A stretch of 32,000 nucleotides of DNA, from positions 56,308-88,307 of the forward strand of contig CAXULY010000021.1 of the NCBI GenBank assembly GCA_964252075.1, read 5' to 3'. Of this stretch, positions 6,308 to 14,364 are shown piece after piece. A model generated the notes under the pieces. That model ran no database searches. It was given only the letters and a program-made list of their open reading frames with translations, and had not been told where the DNA came from. The stretch's first letter is position 1, and each line of letters opens with the position of its first letter. A program made the translations under genes and the position numbers. This DNA comes from an uncultured Deinococcaceae bacterium. GTDB lineage: Bacteria; Deinococcota; Deinococci; Deinococcales; Deinococcaceae.

Positions 6308-9300
6308 ATGACGCAGCGCCGGGTCGAAATCGCCGTAGAGGGCAAGGTCGTCGTGGACGCCGACGTGACCAAGGCCAAAGAGAAGATCAAGGGCCTCAGC
6401 GACGACGGCCTGATCGGGCAGGGCCCCACGCCCAGCGACCCCAGCAAGGCGCCCAGCAACCCCTTCCAGCAACTCAACGCCAGCTACTTCGGCGCGCAGG
6501 CCGAACGCGCCCTCGCGGGCATCCTCCCCCTGATCGGGCAGGAGCACCGCACGCCGGGCCGCGAGCGCACCCTCGATGAGCGATTGGACCGCGCGCTCTC
6601 GAACGCGCAGCTCGGGCAGCGTGACGACCTCGTGGAGGTCCTGACGGGCCTCAAGAACGAACTGCAGCAGCAGCGCCTCACGCGCGGCGCGGGCAGCGGC
6701 GGCGGCTTCGGCGGGGGCGGCGCGCGCCCACCCGGCAGCCCCCCACCGCCCGAAAACGAACCGCCCACCCCGCCCAACAACGCCGGGAACTGGCTGAAAA
6801 ACGTTGGCGGCTGGCTGGAGCAGCAGGGCGGACGCAGCCTGCTGGGCGGCCTCTCCGGCACTTTCGGCGGCGCGGTGGGCGGGGCGCTCTTCAGTGGCGC
6901 GTCGCGCCTGCTGGCTGGACCCGCCGGTTGGGCGCTCGGCGGCCTGAGTGCGGCCAACTGGGCGTTTAACGCGGTCAGCAACGCCGTGACGGAAAAGGAC
7001 GCGCTGGGGCGGACGGAGATCCTGGGCCAAGCGGATTTGGCCCGTCAGTATGGCATTGACCGCAACATCATGCCGCTCTTCCGCACCAAGAACGGCTGGA
7101 GCAACAACCGCTTCCAGGCGCTCGGTTACACCGCCAGCGAGGCCGAGCACGTGGCGGCCCAATACGACCGGCCCGGCGGGATGTTGGGCGACGTGACCAG
7201 CATCCTGGGCTTCTCGCGCTCCACCGGGATGAACGAGGGCACGGTGTCGCAGATCGCCCGGCAATTCGGCATCGCGGGCGTCGGTGGCGCCCAGGGCGGG
7301 CACGCCGACGAGTCGCTGCGCGTCCTGAAGCTCGCCGTGACTGAAGGGCTTAAGGACGGGATTGCGGGCTCGGACAGCGTGGAGGCCATGAAGGGCTACC
7401 TGTCTCGCATCAGCAGCGGCGGCAACAGCGTGAACGGCACCAGTCTCGCGTACTTCGCGCAGATCATGCAGCGCCTGAACGCCGACCCCAACGGCAACCC
7501 AGCGATGCGCGGGCAGGCGGGCGCCAGCCTGGCGAGCGGGTTCATGGCTGGCGTGAACAACCAGTCCGACCCCGGCATGAATTACCTGCTGACCAGCATG
7601 TTGATGAAGGGCGGCAAGCTCCCCAGTGCCCGCGCGCTGGGCCTGACGCTGCCTGCGAGCGACCCGCGCAACGCCGGTGCCAAGCCCGACGAGTACGCCC
7701 TCACGGACGAGGGCGTGGCGTACGAGTCCATGCGCCAGCAGAGCCCCCTTCAGGCATCGCGTTACCTGCTGGAGCGCGCCAGCACCGGCAAGAACCCCAC
7801 CCTGCTGAGCGGCCTCTACAAGGACATTGACGCGGTGGCGGGTGGCAACACCCAGTTGCGCTACATGATGTACAAGCAGCTCAATCCCGGCGCCAGCGAC
7901 GAGCAGGTCTACTCGCTGATGGGCGGCAAGGGGCTCAGCGGGGTCATGGCGAACAACCCGCAGTCGCTGCAAGCGCACAAGACCGGCCAGAGCGTGACGT
8001 CCGACGTGCAGGCTGGCAACGTCGTCGCGGCCGACACCCTGAAGTTGCGCGGCGCCGAGGCGGACCGGGCGCTGGTCAAGAGCCTGGCGAGCCTTCAGGT
8101 GTGGGGCAACATGGAGCGGTCCCTGTCCGACATCAAGAACAGCGTGGCCGACCTGCAGGGCGGCTTCGCGCAGTGGTTCGCCAACTACGGCAACCCGCAG
8201 GGTTCGCTGGCGGGCGAGGCGGGCGTCAGCGGCGTGTGGTTCAATGGCGCGCGAGGGGCGCCCGGCCTGCAACCCGGCACGGGCCCCGGCACCGGCGCAC
8301 CCGGGACCACCTACACGCCCGCCTTCCAGCCCAGCGCCAGCGCCGCCCAGATGCGGATGCTCTCGGCGGTCGCGCAGAAGGAGACCACCAACGGCAAGGA
8401 CCCCGCAATGGACGCGCCCGGCACGTCCATGAGCGGACTCTTCCAGCTCAGCCCCGCGCGCGGTCGGGAGCTGGTGCAGAAGTACCTCGGCGCCGCCCTG
8501 AAGGGGGACAACACCGCCGTGCGCGAGTGGCTGCGCGCCCATCCCAAGGAAACCGACCAGATCAGCGCGCAGGAGTTGATGGACATTGACGGGCGACTGC
8601 GCGCGCAGGGCCAAAAGGACGGCGTGAGCCTCTCGGACGCCCAGTACGCTGGTCTCGCCGGCATGATCTGGCACCGCAACGGCGGCGGGAGCATCGCGCC
8701 CGCGCTGAAAGCCGGCAAGCTGGTGTCCGCCCCCCTGTCGGCCCTCGCGCGCGCCGGTGGTCCGGACGGCGTGAGCGACTACGACTACTTCCTGAATGTG
8801 CAAGGCAATTACACCAACCCCCAACTGCGCCCGGCCGCCCTGCGAGGCGCGAACGGCGCGCTGGGTGGCGGCGTCACCACCACCGCACCCAGCGACCCCA
8901 CGGCGCCCGGCGGCCCCGCTTGGAAGTCGTCGCCCGAAGGGGCGCGCATCGCCGCGACGGCCACCACGGCGCTCTCCGCCAGCTGGGCGGAGGAGGCCGC
9001 CGGGTGGTGCTCGCGCTTCGTGAAGCAGATCATGGTGAAGGCCGAAGGGCAGGCCGCCGCCGCGCTGTTCGGCGGCACCTCCAAGGACACTGAGGGCCGC
9101 TGGGGCAAGAAGGGCTGGAGCAAGACCCTCAGCGAGGTGGGCGGGAAGTCCGGCCTGCGCCCCGGCGACGTGGTGTTCGCGGACTGGGTGGACCCCAAGG
9201 ACGGCGTGAACAAGGGCCACGAGGGCGTCCTCGACGCGAACGGCAACGTGGTCGAGAACTCCTACCGCGGGAAGGGCGGCAAGCAGGTCACGCCGCTCGC

Positions 9301-9646
9301 CCGGTGGGGCCAGATCACGCACGTGGGCCGCTGGGGCGGCTTCGACGCCCCCGACGGGGGCGGTACACCACCAAGGCCGCCCGCCCGTCCGCCCAAGCCG
9401 CAGCGGCCCATCCCGCCACCCCCGCACGCCGAGGTGCCCGCGCGCCTGCGCGGCGCCCTCACGGCGGGCATGCAGGGGGGCACCACGCTGCACCTCACGA
9501 TTCCGGTGAGCGCGAACGTGCACATCAACGCGCAGCAGCGCGCCGAGATTGAGCGCGAGGCGGGCGGCTTCGCCGTGAAGGTCACACAGATCGTCGCGCA
9601 GAACCCCGTGAACGTCGCGGGCGTGCGTCAGGCGGCGCAGTCGTGA
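6308..9646 (+). CDS. Tail tape measure protein (1112 aa) with C-terminal lytic transglycosylase-like and CHAP/NlpC-P60-like regions
   Basis: The size and position fit a tape measure protein. It has Gly-rich hydrophobic segments (LLGGLSGTFGGAVGGALFSGA..). An SLT-like motif, AQKE(692)TTNG...SGLFQLSP, lies near 8340-8720. A Cys/His pair, GWC(901)SRFV ... GH(971)EGV, lies near 8990-9300. A Pro-rich tract follows at 9355-9440. Confidence 0.85.
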   Translation: MTQRRVEIAVEGKVVVDADVTKAKEKIKGLSDDGLIGQGPTPSDPSKAPSNPFQQLNASYFGAQAERALAGILPLIGQEHRTPGRERTLDERLDRALSNAQLGQRDDLVEVLTGLKNELQQQRLTRGAGSGGGFGGGGARPPGSPPPPENEPPTPPNNAGNWLKNVGGWLEQQGGRSLLGGLSGTFGGAVGGALFSGASRLLAGPAGWALGGLSAANWAFNAVSNAVTEKDALGRTEILGQADLARQYGIDRNIMPLFRTKNGWSNNRFQALGYTASEAEHVAAQYDRPGGMLGDVTSILGFSRSTGMNEGTVSQIARQFGIAGVGGAQGGHADESLRVLKLAVTEGLKDGIAGSDSVEAMKGYLSRISSGGNSVNGTSLAYFAQIMQRLNADPNGNPAMRGQAGASLASGFMAGVNNQSDPGMNYLLTSMLMKGGKLPSARALGLTLPASDPRNAGAKPDEYALTDEGVAYESMRQQSPLQASRYLLERASTGKNPTLLSGLYKDIDAVAGGNTQLRYMMYKQLNPGASDEQVYSLMGGKGLSGVMANNPQSLQAHKTGQSVTSDVQAGNVVAADTLKLRGAEADRALVKSLASLQVWGNMERSLSDIKNSVADLQGGFAQWFANYGNPQGSLAGEAGVSGVWFNGARGAPGLQPGTGPGTGAPGTTYTPAFQPSASAAQMRMLSAVAQKETTNGKDPAMDAPGTSMSGLFQLSPARGRELVQKYLGAALKGDNTAVREWLRAHPKETDQISAQELMDIDGRLRAQGQKDGVSLSDAQYAGLAGMIWHRNGGGSIAPALKAGKLVSAPLSALARAGGPDGVSDYDYFLNVQGNYTNPQLRPAALRGANGALGGGVTTTAPSDPTAPGGPAWKSSPEGARIAATATTALSASWAEEAAGWCSRFVKQIMVKAEGQAAAALFGGTSKDTEGRWGKKGWSKTLSEVGGKSGLRPGDVVFADWVDPKDGVNKGHEGVLDANGNVVENSYRGKGGKQVTPLARWGQITHVGRWGGFDAPDGGGTPPRPPARPPKPQRPIPPPPHAEVPARLRGALTAGMQGGTTLHLTIPVSANVHINAQQRAEIEREAGGFAVKVTQIVAQNPVNVAGVRQAAQS

Positions 9647-11088
9647 CGGCCATCCACCACAGCCACGTGTGGGCGGAGCTGCTGCACACCGCCGGACGGG
9701 CGGGCGACGTGCACCCGGCGGACTTCCAGGTACTGGCGTGGTCCGACACGGCCGCGCTGGGCGCCACGCCGACCTTCAGCCTCACGATTCCCGGGCGGAC
9801 TGCCGTGGCGGGCGGCGCGCGCGTCCCGTGGAGTGAACTGATCGCGCAGGGGGACGTGCTGCGCGTCGCCGCGCACAGCACCGCGCACGCGGACGCCACG
9901 CCGCGCGTCGTGAGTGACGGCCTGGTGGTGGACGTGCTGCCGAGCGAGGTGCGCACCAAGGACGGGTACCAGTACACCACCACGTACCAGTGCGAGGGCT
10001 TCCAGCACGTGCTGATGAACGATCAGGTGGCGTGGTGGATGTTCTACGGCAGCGCCGAGGGGTGGGCGCGGGCGCGCGGGGAGCTGCTGCCCGACGACCT
10101 CAGCGGGCGGCTCGACAAGGTGATCGCGAATTACCTCTCGCGCATCGCGTTCAACAAGAGCGCGTGGCAGCGCGGCGGGCTGAGCCTCGGCGCGCGCGTC
10201 GGGTACCACCTGCGGACCCTTACGCCGCTCGTGCCGCCCCAGATCAACATCAGCGTCGCGGAAGGCACGCACTGGAGCATCATGCAGTCCTCGCTGGACG
10301 ACCTGCACGAGTTCTACACGTGCGTGCAGCCCGCGGACTTCAACCCGCAGGGCGGGTACGCGCACCGCCCGAACGTCCGCGAGCCCGTCATCCTGTCCAG
10401 CGCGCCGGACCTCACGCACGACGACGGCCGCACGTGGGTGATGGTCCGCCCGCGCCCCTTCCCGTTCGCCGAGGTGGGCGGCGCGGGGAACCTCGGGGAG
10501 TGGGCGCGCGTCCCGCTGCACGACTTCACGGACGTGATGGAGCCCATCGAGGGCGCCGCCCTCGCGAGCAGCCTGCGCGACGTCCGCAACTTCTTCCTGA
10601 TGGTGCCCACCGTGCAGCTGCTGAACAGCGAGGTGGCGTTCACGGCGGGCGTCGCGGTGCAGAACCGCGACGCCATCGGGCGGTACAGTTACCGCCCGTA
10701 CAAGACCAGCACGAACCTGCTGATCGACGACACGCACCGCGCGGATTTCGTGGACCTCGCGCGGCAGTTCAGCTGGCGCCTCGCCGGGCAGTGGAACCGC
10801 ATGGACGAGATGGGCAGCACCACTCTCACGCTGCCCCTCGCGCCGCACATCCAGGTGGGCGACCGCGTGCGGTTCCGCGCGCCGCTCGGCGACGAGACGC
10901 AGGTGGTGGAAGGGTACGTGCAGGGCCGCACGCACAGCTGGAACAGCGAGCAGGGCGGCACCACCAGCGTCAGCGTGACGCGCGCGCTGCCGGTGGGCGC
11001 GTACCGCGACCCCAGCTGGTTCGCGAAGGGCCTCAGCGCGGTCGAGGTGAACATCCGCGCAACCGCGCCACAACACCGTCCAGGCTGA
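9643..11088 (+). CDS. Baseplate hub / tail-tube initiator-like protein (481 aa; function assigned by position)
   Basis: The GTG start overlaps the tape measure stop (GTGA). Codon bias is coherent. The slot directly after the tape measure gene is normally occupied by hub/gpD/XkdQ-type proteins. Confidence 0.55.
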   Translation: MTAIHHSHVWAELLHTAGRAGDVHPADFQVLAWSDTAALGATPTFSLTIPGRTAVAGGARVPWSELIAQGDVLRVAAHSTAHADATPRVVSDGLVVDVLPSEVRTKDGYQYTTTYQCEGFQHVLMNDQVAWWMFYGSAEGWARARGELLPDDLSGRLDKVIANYLSRIAFNKSAWQRGGLSLGARVGYHLRTLTPLVPPQINISVAEGTHWSIMQSSLDDLHEFYTCVQPADFNPQGGYAHRPNVREPVILSSAPDLTHDDGRTWVMVRPRPFPFAEVGGAGNLGEWARVPLHDFTDVMEPIEGAALASSLRDVRNFFLMVPTVQLLNSEVAFTAGVAVQNRDAIGRYSYRPYKTSTNLLIDDTHRADFVDLARQFSWRLAGQWNRMDEMGSTTLTLPLAPHIQVGDRVRFRAPLGDETQVVEGYVQGRTHSWNSEQGGTTSVSVTRALPVGAYRDPSWFAKGLSAVEVNIRATAPQHRPG

Positions 11089-11117
11089 CCCCCCGCGCGC
11101 CTCACCATCCTGAGGGC
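11086..11117 (+). repeat. 32-nt intercistronic spacer beginning TGACCCCCCGCGCGC (copy 1 of 3)
   Basis: TGA (the stop of the hub gene) to ATG 11118 is exactly 32 nt. The same 15-mer and the same spacing recur at 18618, and a 2-mismatch variant recurs at 13676. Confidence 0.6.
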
Positions 11118-12509
11118 ATGAAGCACGATTACGCCGCGCTCCTCGCGCTGTTCGGCCCCATCATCACGGAGCGGAAGCTGGGCCGCTACGAGGTGCGGCG
11201 CCTCATCCCGGAGCTGAGCGAGAAAGGCGCTCGGCGCCTGCTGGAGATGCTGCGGGGTGAGCGCCCCGTGCCGCCCGCCCCGCGCGCCCTCACGGTGTCG
11301 TGCGCGCCCGCGCCGGACCAGCAGGTGCAGGACACCGAGCAGGACGGCGAGCGCACCGTCACCGCGAAGGGCGGGCGCATCAAGACCATCGAGGACCTGA
11401 TCGCCGCCGCGAACGTTGACCTCACCCTGTGGGAGGTCACGTGGGCTGAGGTGAACAAATACGAGATGGGCCGCAAGGCGCAGCGCAGCCGCCTGGACTA
11501 CACGGATGGCAAGGCGAACGGTAAGGTGCGCGATTCGGGCGGCGTGCACGTCGAGGAGCTGTACCAGGTCAAGGTGAAGCTCAAGCCGCGCCGCGACGTG
11601 GTGGACCTGCTGGCGCTGAAGGAATCGGCGCTTGCGGAGGTGCGCGCCGCCGCCGCCACGCTGCCCCGCGCGCCCCGCCCGCAGGTCGCGCGTCCCCGCA
11701 CGGGGAACCTGCTGTACCTCGGCATGCACGACCTGCACCCCGGCAAGATGGTCGCGCCGGAGGAAACCGGGCACGTGTGGAACCCCGAGCTGGCGCGCGA
11801 GGTGGCGCTCAAGGCCCTCACGCGCGCGCTGGAGAAGGCGAGCGCGCACGGCTTCGACCGCATCGTGCTGCCCATCGGGCACGACCTCAGCCACGTGGAC
11901 GGCAACAACAACGCCACGACCGGCGGCACCGCGCAGGACGTGAGCCGCCGCTACCACGTGCAGCGCCGCCTGGACCTCGCGCTCGCCGGGGCGCTCATCG
12001 AGCGCGCCGCGGAGTTTGCGCCCGTCGAAGCGGAGGCCGTGCCGGGCAACCACGGGCGCAGCACGGACCTCGCCATCGCGGAGATGCTGCGCGAGCGCTA
12101 CCACGCCGACCCGCGCGTGCAGGTCCGCGTGAGCCTCGCGCCGCGCGTGTACCTGAGCCACGGCGTGAACCTGCTGGGCTTCACGCACGGCGACCGCATC
12201 AAGGCGCAGGCGTTGATGAGCCTCATGGCGCGCGAAGCGAAGCAGGAGTGGGCCGCGAGCGAGCACCAGGAGTGGTTGATCGGGCACACGCACGCCATGA
12301 GCGCGCTGACCGAGAAGTACCTCGTGGAGCAGACCGGGCAGGAGCACGTGGGCGTGCGCGTTCGAGTCTTACCGAGTCTGACCGCCACCGACTACTGGCA
12401 CGCCGCGTGCGGGTACGTGGCGAGCGGGCGCGCGCTGGAGGCGTACCTGTACCACGAGGCGCACGGGTACGAGGGGCACGTGAACGTCCCGCTGCGCGAG
12501 GTGCTGTGA
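11118..12509 (+). CDS. Calcineurin-like metallophosphoesterase (463 aa) with an N-terminal region of about 190 aa of unknown function
   Basis: The ordered motifs are GMHDLHPG (DxH), GHDLSHVDG, PGNHG (GNH), FTHGD and IGHTHA (GHxH). GAGGG lies upstream of ATG 11118. Its stop overlaps the GTG start of the spike gene. Confidence 0.8.
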   Translation: MKHDYAALLALFGPIITERKLGRYEVRRLIPELSEKGARRLLEMLRGERPVPPAPRALTVSCAPAPDQQVQDTEQDGERTVTAKGGRIKTIEDLIAAANVDLTLWEVTWAEVNKYEMGRKAQRSRLDYTDGKANGKVRDSGGVHVEELYQVKVKLKPRRDVVDLLALKESALAEVRAAAATLPRAPRPQVARPRTGNLLYLGMHDLHPGKMVAPEETGHVWNPELAREVALKALTRALEKASAHGFDRIVLPIGHDLSHVDGNNNATTGGTAQDVSRRYHVQRRLDLALAGALIERAAEFAPVEAEAVPGNHGRSTDLAIAEMLRERYHADPRVQVRVSLAPRVYLSHGVNLLGFTHGDRIKAQALMSLMAREAKQEWAASEHQEWLIGHTHAMSALTEKYLVEQTGQEHVGVRVRVLPSLTATDYWHAACGYVASGRALEAYLYHEAHGYEGHVNVPLREVL

Positions 12510-13678
12510 CGCGCTTCCCGCCCATCGCACTCGCGCAGGTTGAAGCAGCTCACCCCGAAGATTTTGAATTGGATATTATTTTCCCGAATTACAGCAATTT
12601 GCAGGGCATCCGCGTGCCCATCGCGGCGCCGGGCGGGGGCGCGTCGCGCGGCGATTACGACCTCCCGCGGCGCGGCGACTGGGGCGTCGTGGTGTTCTAC
12701 CTCGACACGCCCCGCACCGCTGTGTGGCTCGTGAGCCTGCCAGATGCGCTGTTCAACACCAAGCCCAAGGAGGTCTTCAAGCGCGACCCGCGCGCGCGCG
12801 TGCGGTACGACCTGCCGGGCACGCAGGAGATCCATTACAGCAACGGCGACCACGAGCAGCTGTACCCGGACGGCACGCTGCTGCGCGTGACGGCCAGCAA
12901 GGACGGCAGCACGGGCAACACGGGCGGGCGCGTGACGCGCACGCCGTGGGTGGTGGGCCAGGAGAGCCCAGCGGACAGCCGACAGGAGGCGCGCCGCACC
13001 TTCCAACCCAGTTCAGCGCCCGTGGACGTCATGCTGGACCACAGCAGCGGCGCGCAGGGCGTGCTCACGGCGGACGGCAGCTGGCGCCTCACGACCGCGA
13101 AGGGGCACCAGATCATCGCGCACGACGCGACCGAGCGGGACCGCGACCCCAAGACCGGCCAGATCACCGCGCGCCCCGAGGAGGACGAAGGCAAACGCAC
13201 CGCGTCGCGCATCGAGCTCAAGACCGAAATCGGGCATCAGGTCATCCTCAAGGACGACCCGCAAATGCAGCTGGACCGCAAGATTCTGGTGCGCAGCAGC
13301 ATCGGGCACACGTTCGAGCTGCACGACAAGCCGGACACCGACCAGTTCATCCGCGCGCAGACGGCGGGCGGGCACCTGCTGGAGCTGCGCGACAAGCCCG
13401 ACGAGGCGTCGCACATCCTGGCGCAGACCGCGGGCGGCCTCACGCTCATCCTGGATGACGCGACCGACAGCATCAGCATCATCCGGCACGGCACCAAGAT
13501 CCTGCTCAAGCCGGACGGCAGCATCGAGGTGGACGCCACGACCGTCACGGTGAACGCCACGCACGTGAACCTCGGCGGGCCGGGCGGGAAGGGCGTCGCG
13601 CGCATCGGGGACGCCGTGCAGGCAGGGCCGTACACCGGCACGATCACCGCGGGCAGCACCACCGTCACGAGCGTCTGA
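12506..13678 (+). CDS. Baseplate central spike (gpV / gp5 / VgrG-like), 390 aa
   Basis: The N-terminal OB-fold-like signature is ..DLPRRGDWGVVVFYLD.. This is followed by periodic beta-helix-like repeats (HQIIAHD, HQVILKDD, HTFELHDKPD, HLLELRDKPD, LTLILDD, ILLKPDGSIEVDA). The GTG start is trimmed from tracked ORF 11777-13678. Confidence 0.7.
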   Translation: MTRFPPIALAQVEAAHPEDFELDIIFPNYSNLQGIRVPIAAPGGGASRGDYDLPRRGDWGVVVFYLDTPRTAVWLVSLPDALFNTKPKEVFKRDPRARVRYDLPGTQEIHYSNGDHEQLYPDGTLLRVTASKDGSTGNTGGRVTRTPWVVGQESPADSRQEARRTFQPSSAPVDVMLDHSSGAQGVLTADGSWRLTTAKGHQIIAHDATERDRDPKTGQITARPEEDEGKRTASRIELKTEIGHQVILKDDPQMQLDRKILVRSSIGHTFELHDKPDTDQFIRAQTAGGHLLELRDKPDEASHILAQTAGGLTLILDDATDSISIIRHGTKILLKPDGSIEVDATTVTVNATHVNLGGPGGKGVARIGDAVQAGPYTGTITAGSTTVTSV

Positions 13679-13707
13679 CCCCCCACGCACGCCCGCACAC
13701 TCCCCCC
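13676..13707 (+). repeat. 32-nt intercistronic spacer TGACCCCCCACGCACG.. (copy 2 of 3, variant)
   Basis: TGA (the spike stop) to ATG 13708 is exactly 32 nt, and the spacer shares TGACCCCCC with the other copies. Confidence 0.55.
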
Positions 13708-14364
13708 ATGAGCCGCCCGAGCGACGAGACCCTCCGATTGCGCCGCAGCAGCGTGTATGTGCTGCGCCTCCTCGCGCCGAACGGTCGCCCCGCGAACCCC
13801 GGCCTGCCCGGCGTCACGAACGGCGAGTTCCGCTTCGAGTACGCCCCGCAGCGCGTGGAGTACCAGGACGGCCTGCGCGCGCAGGTGGTGCCGCAGGGCG
13901 CGACGGGCGCCCTCGCGGACGTGCAGGGCATCAGCCCGCCCGCCATCACGGTCAACTTCACGTTCGGGGAGGCGGGGCGCCTCCCGACGGGCGGCCTGGA
14001 CGGGCGCGAACTGCACGCCGCCATCGAGGGCGTCGTGCGCTGGTACGTCACGCGCGTCGCCGCGGAAGGCCGCGCGCGCCAGGCGCTGCACACACTCGAG
14101 TGGCACGACCCGTACAAGGCGCAGCACTGGGTGGTCATCCCGATGAACACGCCGTACGGCGCGCGCGACGCGACCGGCCCGTACAAGGAGAGCGCGACCC
14201 TGAAGCTTCAGGCACTCACGCGCGCCGATCAGGGCGCACCCGCGGCGCCCCTCATCCGCTTCGCGCTCGCGAACCCCGTGAGCGCCTGCCCGTACGCCCC
14301 GAACTGCGGGCAGGGCGGACCGCGCTGCGCGGGGTGTCTGCTGACCGGCACGGAGCTCGCGTGA
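13708..14364 (+). CDS. Hypothetical baseplate-module protein (218 aa) with a C-terminal Cys cluster (CPYAPNCGQGGPRCAGC)
   Basis: A tracked ORF with high GC3, sitting inside the baseplate gene block. Confidence 0.65.
   Translation: MSRPSDETLRLRRSSVYVLRLLAPNGRPANPGLPGVTNGEFRFEYAPQRVEYQDGLRAQVVPQGATGALADVQGISPPAITVNFTFGEAGRLPTGGLDGRELHAAIEGVVRWYVTRVAAEGRARQALHTLEWHDPYKAQHWVVIPMNTPYGARDATGPYKESATLKLQALTRADQGAPAAPLIRFALANPVSACPYAPNCGQGGPRCAGCLLTGTELA

Noticed and set aside
6131-9523. A 1130-aa minus-strand ORF antisense to the tape measure gene. Similar long antisense ORFs occur at 2178-3908(-), 9628-11076(-), 10689-12347(-), 17108-18967(-), 19228-21645(-), 24110-25567(-) and 26017-27351(-).
   Set aside because: These are typical high-GC artefacts. 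Stop codons are rare in antisense frames. The translations are Arg/Ala/Gly/His-rich low-complexity strings with no motifs. The + strand partners have recognisable phage domains and strong third-position GC bias.
9990-12509. The 839-aa + strand ORF, and the similar long N-terminal extensions of tracked ORFs 11777-13678, 14100-15044, 20739-22592, 24188-25951, 25336-27591 and 26988-28397.
   Set aside because: The upstream portions overlap well-supported genes in another frame and translate to Arg/Pro/Gly-rich nonsense. Only the parts downstream of sensible starts, often ATGA/GTGA coupled, were accepted.
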